This document shows, in pieces, positions 8,216 through 18,330 of a stretch of DNA of 52,844 bases (the first letter of the stretch is position 1; every line of letters begins with the position of its first letter). A program made the position numbers and the translations under genes. The notes beneath the pieces were generated by a model, which was not told the DNA's origin, did not search any database, and saw only the letters and a list, made by a program, of their open reading frames with translations. Source of the stretch: Candidatus Micrarchaeota archaeon UBA95 (GTDB lineage Archaea > Micrarchaeota > Micrarchaeia > Norongarragalinales > Norongarragalinaceae); contig DALH01000012.1 of the NCBI GenBank assembly GCA_002499405.1, forward strand, positions 1-52,844. Direction: 5' to 3'.

Positions 8216-9330
8216 TGCTCAACCCGTTTTACTCGCCTTACCTCGGCGGAACCGAAAAGCATTTGGTTGAAGTTTGCAGGCGGCTCGCAAAAAAACACGA
8301 CGTCACGGTTTTGACGGCGCGCCTCCCGAACACGAAGGAGAAGGAAACAATTGACGGTGTGCGCGTGGTGCGCAGCCAAGCGTGGATTTTGAAGCAGTTG
8401 CCCAAGCCGCTGCCCCCACCCATTCCGATTACGCCGCTCGGCATGGTTGACTTGAAGCGGGAAGCCGCCAAAGCCGATTTGGTGCACATCCACAACCGTT
8501 TTTGTTATGGGGCCGCTGAAACGTGGATGATTAAAAGCGTCCTGGAAAAAAAGCTGGGTCTCACCCTGCACAACGCGCGCACAATTGGCGTGGACGAGAA
8601 AACCGATGCGTTGGGGCAGTTTTACGACGACTTCATCGGAAAAGGCGTCATGAAGGAAGCGGATTGCATTGCCGGGGTGAGCCGCGCCACCATTGAGTCA
8701 ACGGTGCCAAAAAAGTGGTGGGGCAAGTGCTCCGTGATTTACAACGGGACCGACGTCAAGCTCTTCAACCCGCGCGTCAAGCCCGAAGGAATTGAAGGGG
8801 AGTTGGGGCTGGAAAAAGGATTCGTGTTGACGAACTGCCGCCTCGTCCCCCAGAAAGGCGTGAAATATCTGGTTGAAGCCATGAAAGGCGTTGACGCCCA
8901 GCTCGTGGTCTTCGGCAGGGGGCCGCTCAAGGATGAGTTGGCAAAGCAGGCGAAAAAAACGGGCGTGAACGCCGCCTTCGTCTCGCAGCGGCTCACTGAC
9001 GAACAACTGGCGCGCCTCTACTCGGCGTGCTCCGTGTTCGTTTTGCCGTCCGCGTGGGAGCCGTTCGGAATGGTTTTGACCGAGGCGATGTCGTGCGGCA
9101 AACCCGTCGTGGGAACCGACGCGGGAGGCATACCCGAAGTAATCGGGGACGCAGGAATCGTCGTACCCAAGGCGAACCCCAAGAAACTTCGCGAGGCAAT
9201 AAACCGCGTGCTGAACAACTCCAAGCTCAGCCGCCGCTTAGGCCGCGAGGGAAGGAAGCGCGTGCTCTCAAATTTCACGTGGGACCGCACTGCAAAGGCA
9301 TACGAAAAAATGTACGGGGGATTGAGATGA
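8203..9330 (+). CDS. family 4 glycosyltransferase (GT4)
   Basis: MRLLMLNPFYSPYLGGTEKH at the N-terminus. The C-terminal motif is EPFGMVLTEAMSCGKPVVGTDAGGIPEVI (Glycos_transf_1). The ATG at 8203 is preferred over 8161. Confidence 0.82.
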   Translation: MRLLMLNPFYSPYLGGTEKHLVEVCRRLAKKHDVTVLTARLPNTKEKETIDGVRVVRSQAWILKQLPKPLPPPIPITPLGMVDLKREAAKADLVHIHNRFCYGAAETWMIKSVLEKKLGLTLHNARTIGVDEKTDALGQFYDDFIGKGVMKEADCIAGVSRATIESTVPKKWWGKCSVIYNGTDVKLFNPRVKPEGIEGELGLEKGFVLTNCRLVPQKGVKYLVEAMKGVDAQLVVFGRGPLKDELAKQAKKTGVNAAFVSQRLTDEQLARLYSACSVFVLPSAWEPFGMVLTEAMSCGKPVVGTDAGGIPEVIGDAGIVVPKANPKKLREAINRVLNNSKLSRRLGREGRKRVLSNFTWDRTAKAYEKMYGGLR

Positions 9331-9788
9331 AAAAAAGGCCTGGTTTCGACGAATACTTCATGGAATTCGCGCGCGTTGCCGCCAAGCGTTCCACGTGCCT
9401 GCGCAGGCAAGTTGGCGCCGTGCTGGTCCTGGACAAGCACCTGCTTTCAACTGGTTACAACGGCGCGCCAGCAGGGCTGAAGGACTGCCTTGAAATCGGG
9501 TCGTGCCTGCGCGACGAGTTGGGCGTTCCCTCAGGCGAGCGCCACGAGTTGTGCCGCGCCGTGCACGCCGAACAGAACGCGGTCATCCAGTGCGCGCTGC
9601 ACGGGGTGAGCACGAAGGATGCAACGCTTTACACCACGTCGAGTCCGTGCATCACTTGCGCGAAAATACTCGTCAACGCGGGCGTGAAGCGAATTGTTTA
9701 CTGCGACGCGTACCCAAACAAGGAGGCGTTTGAAATAATGGGGGAAGCCGGGTTGAAGGTTGAATTGTTCGGTGAAAAAAATGATTGA
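9327..9788 (+). CDS. dCMP (deoxycytidylate) deaminase
   Basis: Zinc motifs HAEQNA and PCITCAK are present. The ATG at 9327 overlaps the GT4 stop (ATGA). The longer ORF from 9027 adds only an Arg-rich out-of-context extension. Confidence 0.85.
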   Translation: MKKRPGFDEYFMEFARVAAKRSTCLRRQVGAVLVLDKHLLSTGYNGAPAGLKDCLEIGSCLRDELGVPSGERHELCRAVHAEQNAVIQCALHGVSTKDATLYTTSSPCITCAKILVNAGVKRIVYCDAYPNKEAFEIMGEAGLKVELFGEKND

Positions 9789-10488
9789 GTCGTGCCTGGA
9801 ACTGGAGTGGAACCGCGAACGCGAGGTTTTGTCGGCGCTAGGAAGGGAGTTGGAGCCGGACGTGCGCTGGCTTAAGCAGGTGCGAGACTTCGTGCAGCAC
9901 GAGGTTAAGGGAATCAATTTCACTCCGCAGTATTACATGCACCGCGGAGTTAAGCGCGAAGGCGACGAGTGGAGAGAACTGCGTTACGACGTGACCGTGC
10001 TCCCGCCGCGGCACCTCGGCGACGAATACAACAAGACTGTCGGCCACTATCATCCCGCCGCGGCGTGCGGCAGGAGTTACCCCGAGGTTTACGAAGTGCT
10101 TGCCGGGGAAGCCCATTACCTCCTCCAGAAAAAGGATTTGACGCGTTTCGTCGTAGTCAAGGCGCGGAGGGGAGACAAGGTGGTCGTTCCCCCGGATTAC
10201 GGGCACGTCACCGTCAACCCGAGAAACGAGGCGCTGGTGATGAGCAACGTCACGGAGGCCTCCTTCAAGAGCGAGTACGGGAATTACGAGGCGAAAAAGG
10301 GCGCGGCTTACTACGAGTTTTGCAACGGCTTCAAGAAAAACCCGCTTTACGGCGGGGTTCCCGAACCCGAGGTAATGGAGGCGGCCGCCTTGGACGAATT
10401 GAAGGGAAAGGAATTATACTTGTTGGGCTTGGAAAAGGGGGCGCTGCGGTTCCTCCTGGACCCCGCGGAATACGAGGAAAGAATTTAA
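9781..10488 (+). CDS. pgiA: cupin-type glucose-6-phosphate isomerase (archaeal cPGI)
   Basis: TVGHYHP....PEVYEVLAGEAHYLLQK ... GHVTVNP matches the His/His/Glu/His metal-site layout of Pyrococcus-type cupin PGI. Confidence 0.72.
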   Translation: MIESCLELEWNREREVLSALGRELEPDVRWLKQVRDFVQHEVKGINFTPQYYMHRGVKREGDEWRELRYDVTVLPPRHLGDEYNKTVGHYHPAAACGRSYPEVYEVLAGEAHYLLQKKDLTRFVVVKARRGDKVVVPPDYGHVTVNPRNEALVMSNVTEASFKSEYGNYEAKKGAAYYEFCNGFKKNPLYGGVPEPEVMEAAALDELKGKELYLLGLEKGALRFLLDPAEYEERI

Positions 10489-10518
10489 ATTAATATAGGC
10501 GGGGCGCGTAAGAATCTC

Positions 10519-11736
10519 ATGATGAAAACCGCGTTTTACGCGTTTTTGTTGTTGTCGCCTCTGGCCGCGCTGGAGGCCTGCGCAACCCTGATTTACGTGG
10601 CCAATAACGGGGAGACCTTGTTCAGCCCAGAGTATGGTTGGAACGTGAACGCGGAAAGCATCCGCTTCAGCACGTTGAATTCCGAGCAAGTGAAGGAGTT
10701 CAACGGCGAGGGAAAAATCTTGTACGCGGTGACCAAGGAAACCAAAAATAACCAGGATTACAGGAAGCTTGAGGGCCGCCTACTTGTCAAGCCTTACGTG
10801 GCCGAACGCGCCATTGATTTCACGCTTCTCCCGGAAAACAAGGTGGAATACGCTTGCGGAGGCGACGAGTGGAGCGTGGAATTCGTGAACGAAACCCTTG
10901 AAACGCCCGCCGCGCAAGTGAGCGGAGAATTCCTGCGCGTGGAATCCCAAAAGAATTACGCTTTCGGGTTCGACGGAATCGATTCGGCATCCCATTTTTA
11001 CGTTAGGTTGGGCGTGGAGGGCGCACCAATTTATTACCCGAGCGGAGGCGTTTACCGCGTTGCCGCGGACAACAACGTCAACTACCTTGGTTGTTGCGAG
11101 CACTCGTGCGTTGACAAGGAGAACGGGTGCAAGGGAACCGTGCTCACCGCGGAAAACAAGTGCGTTGGTATGGATGCATACCGCTACCAGTGCGCCCTGG
11201 ACGCGTGCGTGCCCGTTGTGGAGGACTGCGTTACCTGCGATAACGCGGAGTGCACGGCGTTGCCTGAAGAGGAACCAGGTGGGGAAGCCTGCGTTGACTC
11301 GGACGGCGGGCTGCGCCCCTTTGAAAAGGGCGGCATCGGCGAAAACGAGGACTCCTGTGACGGCTTGGACGTAATTGAATGGTATTGCGAGAACGGCGAA
11401 CCGCAAAACGCGCCCATCCAGTGCGAACACGGCTGTGAAAACGGGGCGTGCAGGGAAGCGCCTCAGTGCATTCAAGGGGATTCCTCGGTTTTGTACGGCG
11501 GCGATGAATTCCTGCCTTACTGCTCGGTGGAAGGCCTCGTGGAATACTCGTGTGAAGGCAGCGAACTGCACAGTTCCGTTACCCCGTGCAACTGCGTTGG
11601 CTCCCAATGCGCTGCAACGGAGGAAAAGGTGGATGGAAACGGGTTCGTGCTGCCGGCGCTCGCAATAATCATCGCGCTCGCGGCCGCATACCTGTGGCTC
11701 AACAAGCCGCCCGCCGGAAAGCACCGCAAAAAGTAA
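10519..11736 (+). CDS. secreted Cys-rich protein with C-terminal TM anchor
   Basis: N-terminal signal peptide MMKTAFYAFLLLSPLAALEA. Many Cys-rich modules (CENGEPQ..C.HGCENGAC). The C-terminus is LPALAIIIALAAAYLW followed by KHRKK. Confidence 0.6.
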   Translation: MMKTAFYAFLLLSPLAALEACATLIYVANNGETLFSPEYGWNVNAESIRFSTLNSEQVKEFNGEGKILYAVTKETKNNQDYRKLEGRLLVKPYVAERAIDFTLLPENKVEYACGGDEWSVEFVNETLETPAAQVSGEFLRVESQKNYAFGFDGIDSASHFYVRLGVEGAPIYYPSGGVYRVAADNNVNYLGCCEHSCVDKENGCKGTVLTAENKCVGMDAYRYQCALDACVPVVEDCVTCDNAECTALPEEEPGGEACVDSDGGLRPFEKGGIGENEDSCDGLDVIEWYCENGEPQNAPIQCEHGCENGACREAPQCIQGDSSVLYGGDEFLPYCSVEGLVEYSCEGSELHSSVTPCNCVGSQCAATEEKVDGNGFVLPALAIIIALAAAYLWLNKPPAGKHRKK

Positions 11737-11802
11737 TAAATGACCGTTCCTCCAATTCTTTCCTGTCTCTCTCGAGTGCTTCAGCAGGTGGCATGAAACA
11801 AA

Positions 11803-13134
11803 ATGAATAAATTATTCGGAACGTCGGGCATCCGAGGCATTTACGGCAGCGAAATAAGCGGCGAGCTCGTCCAGGGAATGGCCAAATCGTTCGCCCACTA
11901 CCTTGGGGAAGGAAAAAAGGTCTGCGTTGGAAGGGACACGCGCCGCAGCGGACCCGACCTGGAGCAAAAACTAGTTGAAGGCCTCACGGAAAACGGGTTG
12001 AACGTCGTGAAACTCGGCGTAATCTCGACGCCCGGCGTGTACTTCCTGACGCGCGAACTCGGGTTCGACGCCGGCGTAATGATTACCGCGAGCCACAACC
12101 CCCCCGAATACAACGGCCTCAAATTCTGCGACTCCCAAGGAATGAGCGTTGACCAGCAAAGGATTGAAGAAGGATACTTCAACCCCCCCGAATTCGCGGC
12201 GACCGCCAAGGGCGGCGTTGAAGAATTGGATGGTGCAAACGAATTTTTTTCGCGGCTCGCAAAAATCTGTCCCCCGCCCCTCAAAAAACTGAAACTCGTC
12301 GTGGACTGCGCGTGCGGGCCCGACTCAACGCATTTGCCGGACTTCCTGCGTTCGCAGGGGCACGAAGTGCTCGAAAGGAACTGCGTTGCCGACGTTGAAA
12401 AATGCGACCGTCCCCTGGAGCCGAAGCCGGACACCCTGCAAAAAACAATTGAATTCCTAAGGCAGAACCGCGCCGACGCCGGCCTGTGCTTCGACGGCGA
12501 CAACGACCGCATCGTGTTCCTGGACCGCAACGGCTTCCTCGGCCTGCAGGAAGCCAACGCCGCAATCGCCTCAATCGTCATAGGCAAATCCAAAAGCAGG
12601 GAAGTCGTGGGCTCGGTTGAAACCGGCCGATTCGTTGAAGAAGCCGTGAAGCGCGCCGGCGGTTCCCTGCACCGCACCATCGTGGGCGACGCGTTCATCG
12701 CGCGCACCGTGAAGGAACGCGGCGCGGCGCTCGGCCTGGAGGAATGCGGGCACTACATGATTCCGCGCATCGGCTACTTTTCCTCAACCATTTACCCGGC
12801 CACGCTCCTGCTCGCAAAGCGCGACGTCAACGAAATCCGCCGGGACTTCTCCTCCATCCCGAAAACTTTTTTCGCAAAGGAACGCATCAACTGCCCAAAC
12901 GAAAAAAAGGCGGCGGTGATGAATGCGGCGGCCGAAAAAATGAAGGCGATGCGCGGCGGCGAAATCACGGACATTGACGGCGTGCGCGTGGACTGGGAGG
13001 ACTCGTGGCTGCTCGTGCGGCCGAGCGGCACCGAACCCTACATGAAGGTGAGCGGCGAAGCCCTCGCGCAGGAACGGCTGGACGAATTGATTGGCCTTGG
13101 AAAAGGGCTCGTAAAGGAGGCGATGAAAAAATGA
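11803..13134 (+). CDS. glmM: phosphoglucosamine mutase / phosphomannomutase family (archaeal GlmM-type)
   Basis: Active-site loop TASHNPPEYNG and metal loop FDGDNDR. Length and domain order fit the alpha-D-phosphohexomutase family. Confidence 0.85.
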   Translation: MNKLFGTSGIRGIYGSEISGELVQGMAKSFAHYLGEGKKVCVGRDTRRSGPDLEQKLVEGLTENGLNVVKLGVISTPGVYFLTRELGFDAGVMITASHNPPEYNGLKFCDSQGMSVDQQRIEEGYFNPPEFAATAKGGVEELDGANEFFSRLAKICPPPLKKLKLVVDCACGPDSTHLPDFLRSQGHEVLERNCVADVEKCDRPLEPKPDTLQKTIEFLRQNRADAGLCFDGDNDRIVFLDRNGFLGLQEANAAIASIVIGKSKSREVVGSVETGRFVEEAVKRAGGSLHRTIVGDAFIARTVKERGAALGLEECGHYMIPRIGYFSSTIYPATLLLAKRDVNEIRRDFSSIPKTFFAKERINCPNEKKAAVMNAAAEKMKAMRGGEITDIDGVRVDWEDSWLLVRPSGTEPYMKVSGEALAQERLDELIGLGKGLVKEAMKK

Positions 13135-14468
13135 AGGCAGTCATCCTTGCGGCGGGAACCGGCAAACGCGTTTACCCGCTCGCCGTGAACAAGCCCAAAC
13201 CCATGTTCAAGCTGCTAGGCAAGCCCTTGATGGAGTATGTGGTGCAGGAACTCGCGGAAGCCGGAATAAACGAAATCATTTGCGTGGTCGGCCACAACTC
13301 GCAGCAAATCAAGGACTACTTCGGCTCGCAATCGCACGGCGCGAAAATCGCTTACGCAACGCAGGAGGAAGCGCGCGGCATGGCCGACGCGCTGCTGTGC
13401 GCGGAAAAACTCGTGAACAACTCCAAGTTCCTCGTGGTGAACGCGGACGACGTGTTCGAACCAGGCCTCGCCAAGAAAATGCTTGAAAAAGCGGACGAGT
13501 GCGACGTGGTCTTCGCCTCCCAACCCGTTGAGGAAACCTGGAAGTTCGGCATCCTGGACCTGGAAGGCGACCGCGTCAAAAAAATAGTTGAAAAGCCGGA
13601 CAAGGGGAAGGAGCCGTCCAACAACGCCGTAATCGGGTTGTACGCCTTGCACCCGGACGTGTTTGACTACATCCGCAAGACGCCCGCGTCCGACGCGCAA
13701 TACGAGGAAGCAATGCAAAAAATGATTTTGGACGGGAGAAAAGTGCGCGCCCTGTTTTACGAGGGCTTCTTCGGCTCCTACAAGCTGCCGTGGGACTTGC
13801 TGCGCTTGAACGACTACTTCCTGGAAAGCCAGGACTCCTTCATTGCTAAAAGCGCGCGCGTATCCGAGCGCGCAGTTGTCAAGGGGGAAAACGTTTTCAT
13901 AGGCGAAAACGCGCGAATCTTCGAGCACGCCGTGGTTGAGGGACCCTGCTTCATCGGGAACAACGCGATAATCGGGAACAACTGTTTGATTCGCGGCCGC
14001 ACCTCCATTGGCGCGGGCTCTGTCATGGGTTACTCCACGGAGGTGAAGCACTCCGTGATAGGCGAGAACTGCTGGACGCATTCCTCGTACGTGGGCGACT
14101 CCATCGTGGGCGACAACTGCTCGCTTGGCGCGGGCACCATCACCGCGAATTATCGTTTCGACGAGGAAAACATTTGCGTTGACGTGCTCGGCAAGGGCCG
14201 CATGGACTCCGGCACGAACAAGCTGGGCGCCATAATCGCGGACAACTGCAAGACGGGCAGCAACGCCACCCTCATGCCGGGCGTGAAAATCGGGCCGCAC
14301 TCAATCGTGGGCGGAGGCGTCCTGCTTTACGCCGACCTGGAACCCAACAAAATCGCATTCCAGAGCAAGCAAGTCCTCGAAATCAAGGACAACAAAATCG
14401 CGTTGCAACCAGAGAAAGCGAGGAAACTCAAGGAAAACCTGGACAAGTACGCACGCATAAAGGCATAA
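13131..14468 (+). CDS. glmU: bifunctional sugar-1-phosphate nucleotidyltransferase / acetyltransferase (archaeal GlmU-like)
   Basis: N-terminus MKAVILAAGTGKRVYPL is an NTP-transferase motif. The C-terminal half is built of hexapeptide left-handed beta-helix repeats. ATGA overlap with glmM. Confidence 0.78.
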   Translation: MKAVILAAGTGKRVYPLAVNKPKPMFKLLGKPLMEYVVQELAEAGINEIICVVGHNSQQIKDYFGSQSHGAKIAYATQEEARGMADALLCAEKLVNNSKFLVVNADDVFEPGLAKKMLEKADECDVVFASQPVEETWKFGILDLEGDRVKKIVEKPDKGKEPSNNAVIGLYALHPDVFDYIRKTPASDAQYEEAMQKMILDGRKVRALFYEGFFGSYKLPWDLLRLNDYFLESQDSFIAKSARVSERAVVKGENVFIGENARIFEHAVVEGPCFIGNNAIIGNNCLIRGRTSIGAGSVMGYSTEVKHSVIGENCWTHSSYVGDSIVGDNCSLGAGTITANYRFDEENICVDVLGKGRMDSGTNKLGAIIADNCKTGSNATLMPGVKIGPHSIVGGGVLLYADLEPNKIAFQSKQVLEIKDNKIALQPEKARKLKENLDKYARIKA

Positions 14469-14474
14469 GAAGGA

Positions 14475-14999
14475 GTGGGGGGCAAGAATCATTTAATGCG
14501 GAAACAACCGGAACCCGAACAACTGAAATTCGACCTTGACGCGGGGCAAAGGAAAAAACGCGCGAGGGCATTGGAGGAAGACCGCGAAGACCGCGCCTCC
14601 CTCTACCGCGGGCCCAGCTACGAAGAGGTCAAGCTAATGAAAATCATTGACGACTTCAAGTTGCGTCTCAAGGTAAACGCGGCTTGGACGCACAAATACG
14701 TTGAGCCAATCATTAAGGCGATACACAAAGAAGCCAGCGTAACGAAAATGCCGGATTATGCCTTTGACGGCGTTGAAAAATTCATCAAGTCAATCGCTTA
14801 TCAAAAGGGGGGCAATGAACGCGACTATGTTGAAGAAATACTACGGAGGCATAAGAGTGACCGCTTTGAAATTTTAACGGCTCACTCGCCCCTTTACAGG
14901 CACGCATACAACCTATTCAAGCTGAAGGGAATGGTTGAGGGATTGCACGACCGCAAGCAAGAATACTTCAAAGCCGAATACGGGAACCAAAGCGCTTAA
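14475..14999 (+). CDS. hypothetical protein (alternative start ATG 14496)
   Basis: The ORF has protein-like composition and a basic N-terminus, with AAGGAG just upstream. I recognised no motif. Confidence 0.5.
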   Translation: MGGKNHLMRKQPEPEQLKFDLDAGQRKKRARALEEDREDRASLYRGPSYEEVKLMKIIDDFKLRLKVNAAWTHKYVEPIIKAIHKEASVTKMPDYAFDGVEKFIKSIAYQKGGNERDYVEEILRRHKSDRFEILTAHSPLYRHAYNLFKLKGMVEGLHDRKQEYFKAEYGNQSA

Positions 15000-15057
15000 A
15001 ACAAGTTGAAAACAAATAATTTGACTATCAAACTCGGATTACTGGGTTGAATGAATC

Positions 15058-15705
15058 ATGGCGGCCAGCAAGAAATTATTGTACGCGTTCGGGTTCCTCA
15101 TCATCGCGAGCTTCCTGTTCGGAATGCTGTGGCCCATAATGATTACGGACAGCGCGTCGCCTTCCCCCACCCCTCAACAAAGCCAGGACTTCGAGGGGCA
15201 GGGCCAGACAACCGCGAAAATCGCTTCTTTTTCCAGCGATTACCTGGTTGAATGCAACGCAACCAACGCGAAAACGTTGTTGGAAGGCGTTGAAGGGGTT
15301 GGCTTGACTTTCACGGTGGCATCCGGCTTGTACTCGGTTACCGGGCAAAACGCTTCAAGCCGCGCCATTTACGAGGCGTTGGCGGATTACTGCGAGCCCT
15401 GGATTTACCGCAACGCAAAACTGGAATACGCTTCGTCGCTTGAACTCGACGCCAACACCACGCTCCCCGCATACGTGCTCAACCAGTTGCCGGCTTACGT
15501 CGGCGGATTCCACGAGGAAGGCGACGAAATCAAGGTGAACGTATTGATTCAAGTCACCGACGGCCAAGTCGTGAACGCGCAAGTGTTTGAAATGCCGGAA
15601 ACCGTGCCGTTGCCCGAACCCGGGCCGTTCAACGCAACCGACGCGTTCAATGAAACCAATCAAACCGGAGAAGACGAATCCAACAACGGAAGTGAAGAAC
15701 AATGA
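15058..15705 (+). CDS. N-terminally anchored extracellular protein, hypothetical
   Basis: N-terminal TM helix LLYAFGFLIIASFLFGMLWPIMI, a Pro/Ser/Gln linker, N-x-T/S sequons and an acidic tail. Confidence 0.55.
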   Translation: MAASKKLLYAFGFLIIASFLFGMLWPIMITDSASPSPTPQQSQDFEGQGQTTAKIASFSSDYLVECNATNAKTLLEGVEGVGLTFTVASGLYSVTGQNASSRAIYEALADYCEPWIYRNAKLEYASSLELDANTTLPAYVLNQLPAYVGGFHEEGDEIKVNVLIQVTDGQVVNAQVFEMPETVPLPEPGPFNATDAFNETNQTGEDESNNGSEEQ

Positions 15706-16376
15706 ATGAAGGCGATTTCGCGAAAATTGATTACGTTGGCCGCGTGAAAGGCGGCAAGGTTTTTGATGCGACGAGCGAGGAAACCGCGAAAAAGGAGGGA
15801 GTCTACAACGAACGCGGCAAGTACGGCTCCGTACTCGTTCCCGTCGGCAAGGGCGTCGTGTTAAAGGGCTTGGACGAAGAATTGTTGAAGGCGAACAAGG
15901 GCGACGAAAAAAAGGTTTCATTCGGCCCCGACAAAGCGTTCGGAAGGCGCAACCCCGAACTCGTCAAACTCGTTCCAATGAAGCCCTTCAAGGAACAAGG
16001 AATTCAGCCCGTGCCCGGAATGCCCATCCAACTCGACGGCATGCAGGCGCGCGTGCAAAGCGTTTCCGGTGGCCGCGTGCGCGTGGACTTCAACCACGAA
16101 CTCGCGGGCAAGGAAGTTGAATACGATTACAAGGTTCTGGAGGTTTACTCCAAGCCCGAGGAAAAAGCCGCGGCCCTAGGAAAGGACTTGCTCCCGGAAG
16201 CAAGCGTGGAATACTCGGAAAAGCAAATCAAGGTCAAGGTGCCTGGCGAACCCAACAAGGCGACCGCGGACTACGTGGTGCGCAAAAACCAGTTGATTGC
16301 CCAACTCCTGGAATTCGTGGGCGCCAGGAAAGTAGTCGTTGAAGAGGAGTGGGCCAAACCCAATTCAACGCATTAA
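15702..16376 (+). CDS. FKBP-type peptidyl-prolyl cis-trans isomerase (archaeal long type with IF insert)
   Basis: DYVGRVKGGKVFDATSEE ... LAGKEVEYDYKVLEV is typical of archaeal FKBP/SlyD-like PPIases. ATGA overlap with the upstream gene. Confidence 0.8.
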   Translation: MNEGDFAKIDYVGRVKGGKVFDATSEETAKKEGVYNERGKYGSVLVPVGKGVVLKGLDEELLKANKGDEKKVSFGPDKAFGRRNPELVKLVPMKPFKEQGIQPVPGMPIQLDGMQARVQSVSGGRVRVDFNHELAGKEVEYDYKVLEVYSKPEEKAAALGKDLLPEASVEYSEKQIKVKVPGEPNKATADYVVRKNQLIAQLLEFVGARKVVVEEEWAKPNSTH

Positions 16377-17282
16377 AGACTTCAAGCCTGCGAGGTTGCA
16401 CGCCGCCTCAACCAGGCGAACCAAAACCATTAACGCTGCCGCGAACGCCAAATCCAACCCAAGCGCAGTTGAAAAGAAGAGCGCGCCCGCGCCCTCCTGC
16501 AAGCCCAAGCCGGCAACGCTGAACGGCACGAACGACAACGCCGTCAACACCGAGTTGAACGCCGCAAACAAAACCAATTCGTTTAATGCAAGGGGGTGAC
16601 CGAGCGCGGCGGCGAGGCACATCCACTCCAAGCCGCGCAAGAACGCGCCCACAAAACTCACGCCAACGTTCAAGTAAACGAGGCGGGCGGGAATGCGCTT
16701 GGAGAAAACGTCTTCGTAAAAGAACGACAATTTTCCGCCGAACCAGGGAACGCGCGGCAACAAGTTGGACAGGGCGGCCCTCTTTGCGGCGAGCGACCAC
16801 AACGCGAAAACCGAGCCCGCCAAAAGGAACGCGGACGCGAACGCCAGGGACTCAATTGATTCAAAGAGCAGGTAAACGCTTACCGCCGCGAAAACCCCGC
16901 GCGTGAAGAAATCCGCGGCCAGGGAAACCCCGAAAACACGCGCGCCCTGTTGCGCCTTCAATCCCCACTCCCGCGCCTTGACCACGAAGAACGCGTAGCC
17001 CGAGCGCCCCGGCGTGTAATCGCTAAACAGCATTCCCGCCAAGTGCGCCCAGAAAACCCTTGAAAGGGAGGCGGGCGCACCCACGGAAGCACTCAACCAC
17101 TTCAAGCGGAACGCCGTGGTCAACTGCAACGCGTAATAAAGCGTTATTGCGGGCAAAATCCATTCAAGGCGCGCGCCCGCGAGAACCGAGGCAATTGACG
17201 CGAAATCAAGCGAGGAAAAAAACAAGTAGACGAGCACGACGGCCAGGGCGGCGTTCAACGCGAGTGCGAAGCGTTTGTTCAC
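16365..17282 (-). CDS. UPF0104 / lysylphosphatidylglycerol-synthase-TM-like (flippase-like) membrane protein
   Basis: Polytopic membrane protein whose N-terminus (LVYLFFSSLDFASIASVLAGARLEWILPAI) resembles that family. Its 3' end overlaps the FKBP gene 3' end by 12 nt. Confidence 0.55.
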   Translation of the reverse strand: MNKRFALALNAALAVVLVYLFFSSLDFASIASVLAGARLEWILPAITLYYALQLTTAFRLKWLSASVGAPASLSRVFWAHLAGMLFSDYTPGRSGYAFFVVKAREWGLKAQQGARVFGVSLAADFFTRGVFAAVSVYLLFESIESLAFASAFLLAGSVFALWSLAAKRAALSNLLPRVPWFGGKLSFFYEDVFSKRIPARLVYLNVGVSFVGAFLRGLEWMCLAAALGHPLALNELVLFAAFNSVLTALSFVPFSVAGLGLQEGAGALFFSTALGLDLAFAAALMVLVRLVEAACNLAGLKSLMR

Positions 17283-17353
17283 GTCAATAGGTTGGTTTGG
17301 GAAAATAATAAACGTAAGCGTAGCCGCCTAAGTAATCAAACCCCTAATGAGAA

Positions 17354-18085
17354 CTACAAAAAGGAGAGTAATATTCCTGCAATTGCAAAAATAACGAGGA
17401 CTGAAGGTAAAAGGAGGACTGCTATAACTGCCTTAAGCCATGAAAAGTCGTGTGCAACCCTTAAAGCGGCAAGATTCAGGTAAAGGAAGTAAACAACAAA
17501 AACAACTACCAGCAAAGCAACAAGCAAAAGGGCTAGGCCGGGCAATAACACCGCCAATATTAAAACCAGAATAAGTGAGGCAGCGAAAATCAATGAAAGA
17601 GACGGCATTGGAAGATAAAACAAATAATATTGTTCAACAAAACGTCCTTTTCCGCCTAAAAGCCGCGCAATAACAAAAACTATGCCGGTAGAAATAAGCG
17701 ATTGAATTAATGCAGTCGGAATTGACAAAAGCAGTAATAGGCCGGCTCCGCCTAAAAGCATTCCAAGAATTGAAAACGGCGCGGGAAGAAAAACCGAAAA
17801 CGAACCAAGTAAAAACAAAACCAAAATCAAAGCAATAGCCGGAAATAAAGAAGTCAGGATTCCGCGCTTTAAAGTCGCAAACTCTTTCTCCGACTTAAAG
17901 GTTTCAACCGGGTTAAAAACCGCGTTCTTCCAAGCGCGAATCAAAGAATGCTCTTCATTCATTGAATTCAAAACAAGATTTGAATTATTCGGTTTTGGTG
18001 AAGGGGCAGGCGGTGGGGGCAGTTGGCGGGGCTTTTTAACAACCTCTTCTTTTTTCATCCCCGCGGGACCCAAACCCATAAACAA
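17354..18085 (-). CDS. Yip1-domain-like polytopic membrane protein
   Basis: Pro-rich cytosolic N-terminus, then 5 TM helices. Visibly lower GC than its neighbours. Confidence 0.45.
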   Translation of the reverse strand: MFMGLGPAGMKKEEVVKKPRQLPPPPAPSPKPNNSNLVLNSMNEEHSLIRAWKNAVFNPVETFKSEKEFATLKRGILTSLFPAIALILVLFLLGSFSVFLPAPFSILGMLLGGAGLLLLLSIPTALIQSLISTGIVFVIARLLGGKGRFVEQYYLFYLPMPSLSLIFAASLILVLILAVLLPGLALLLVALLVVVFVVYFLYLNLAALRVAHDFSWLKAVIAVLLLPSVLVIFAIAGILLSFL

Positions 18086-18169
18086 AAACCAAAGGGAAGA
18101 TAACCCGGCATAATATTAAAGTTTCTATGCGCGCCCGCCTATTCTTTCGTTAACGTTTTCCTCTTTCGG

Positions 18170-18330
18170 GTTTTCTTTCTTTCATTAAAGTTTCTTTCCC
18201 CAGCAAACGCTTCCGCGTTTGCGGGCACGCGACACTGCAAATCAAAGATTTGCTGTGCCCGTAAACCTTCGAGGTTTACTGGGACCTTCGCGGTTCGCAG
18301 TGTTTCTTTCCGCAAAGAAAGAAAAAGAGT
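18170..18330. repeat. intergenic multi-hairpin repeat, copy B (copy A at 1325..1470)
   Basis: See copy A. In copy B the motif TTCATTAAAGTTT occurs on both sides (18181.. and 18364..). The element lies 3' of tRNA-Ala on the minus strand. Confidence 0.85.

Noticed and set aside
10780-11724. Long antisense ORFs opposite real genes: 10780..11724, 11898..12707, 13215..14300, 23189..23953, 24664..25377, 24851..25552, 27404..28027, 41749..42420, 46531..47106 and similar.
   Set aside because: They lie entirely inside well-supported genes on the other strand (secreted protein, glmM, glmU, smc, guaAA, lig, thrS). Their Arg/Ala/Val/His-rich low-complexity composition is typical of shadow ORFs in GC-rich coding DNA, and I recognised no motifs in them.
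18198-18330. Reading the 110-nt repeat as an H/ACA or C/D box sRNA, or as a split or permuted tRNA half.
   Set aside because: There is no ACA at the right distance and no two-sided pseudouridylation pocket. A UGAUGA at 18336..18341 has no matching CUGA D box, and there is no T-loop (GGTTCG is followed by CAG). The differences between the copies are not compensatory.
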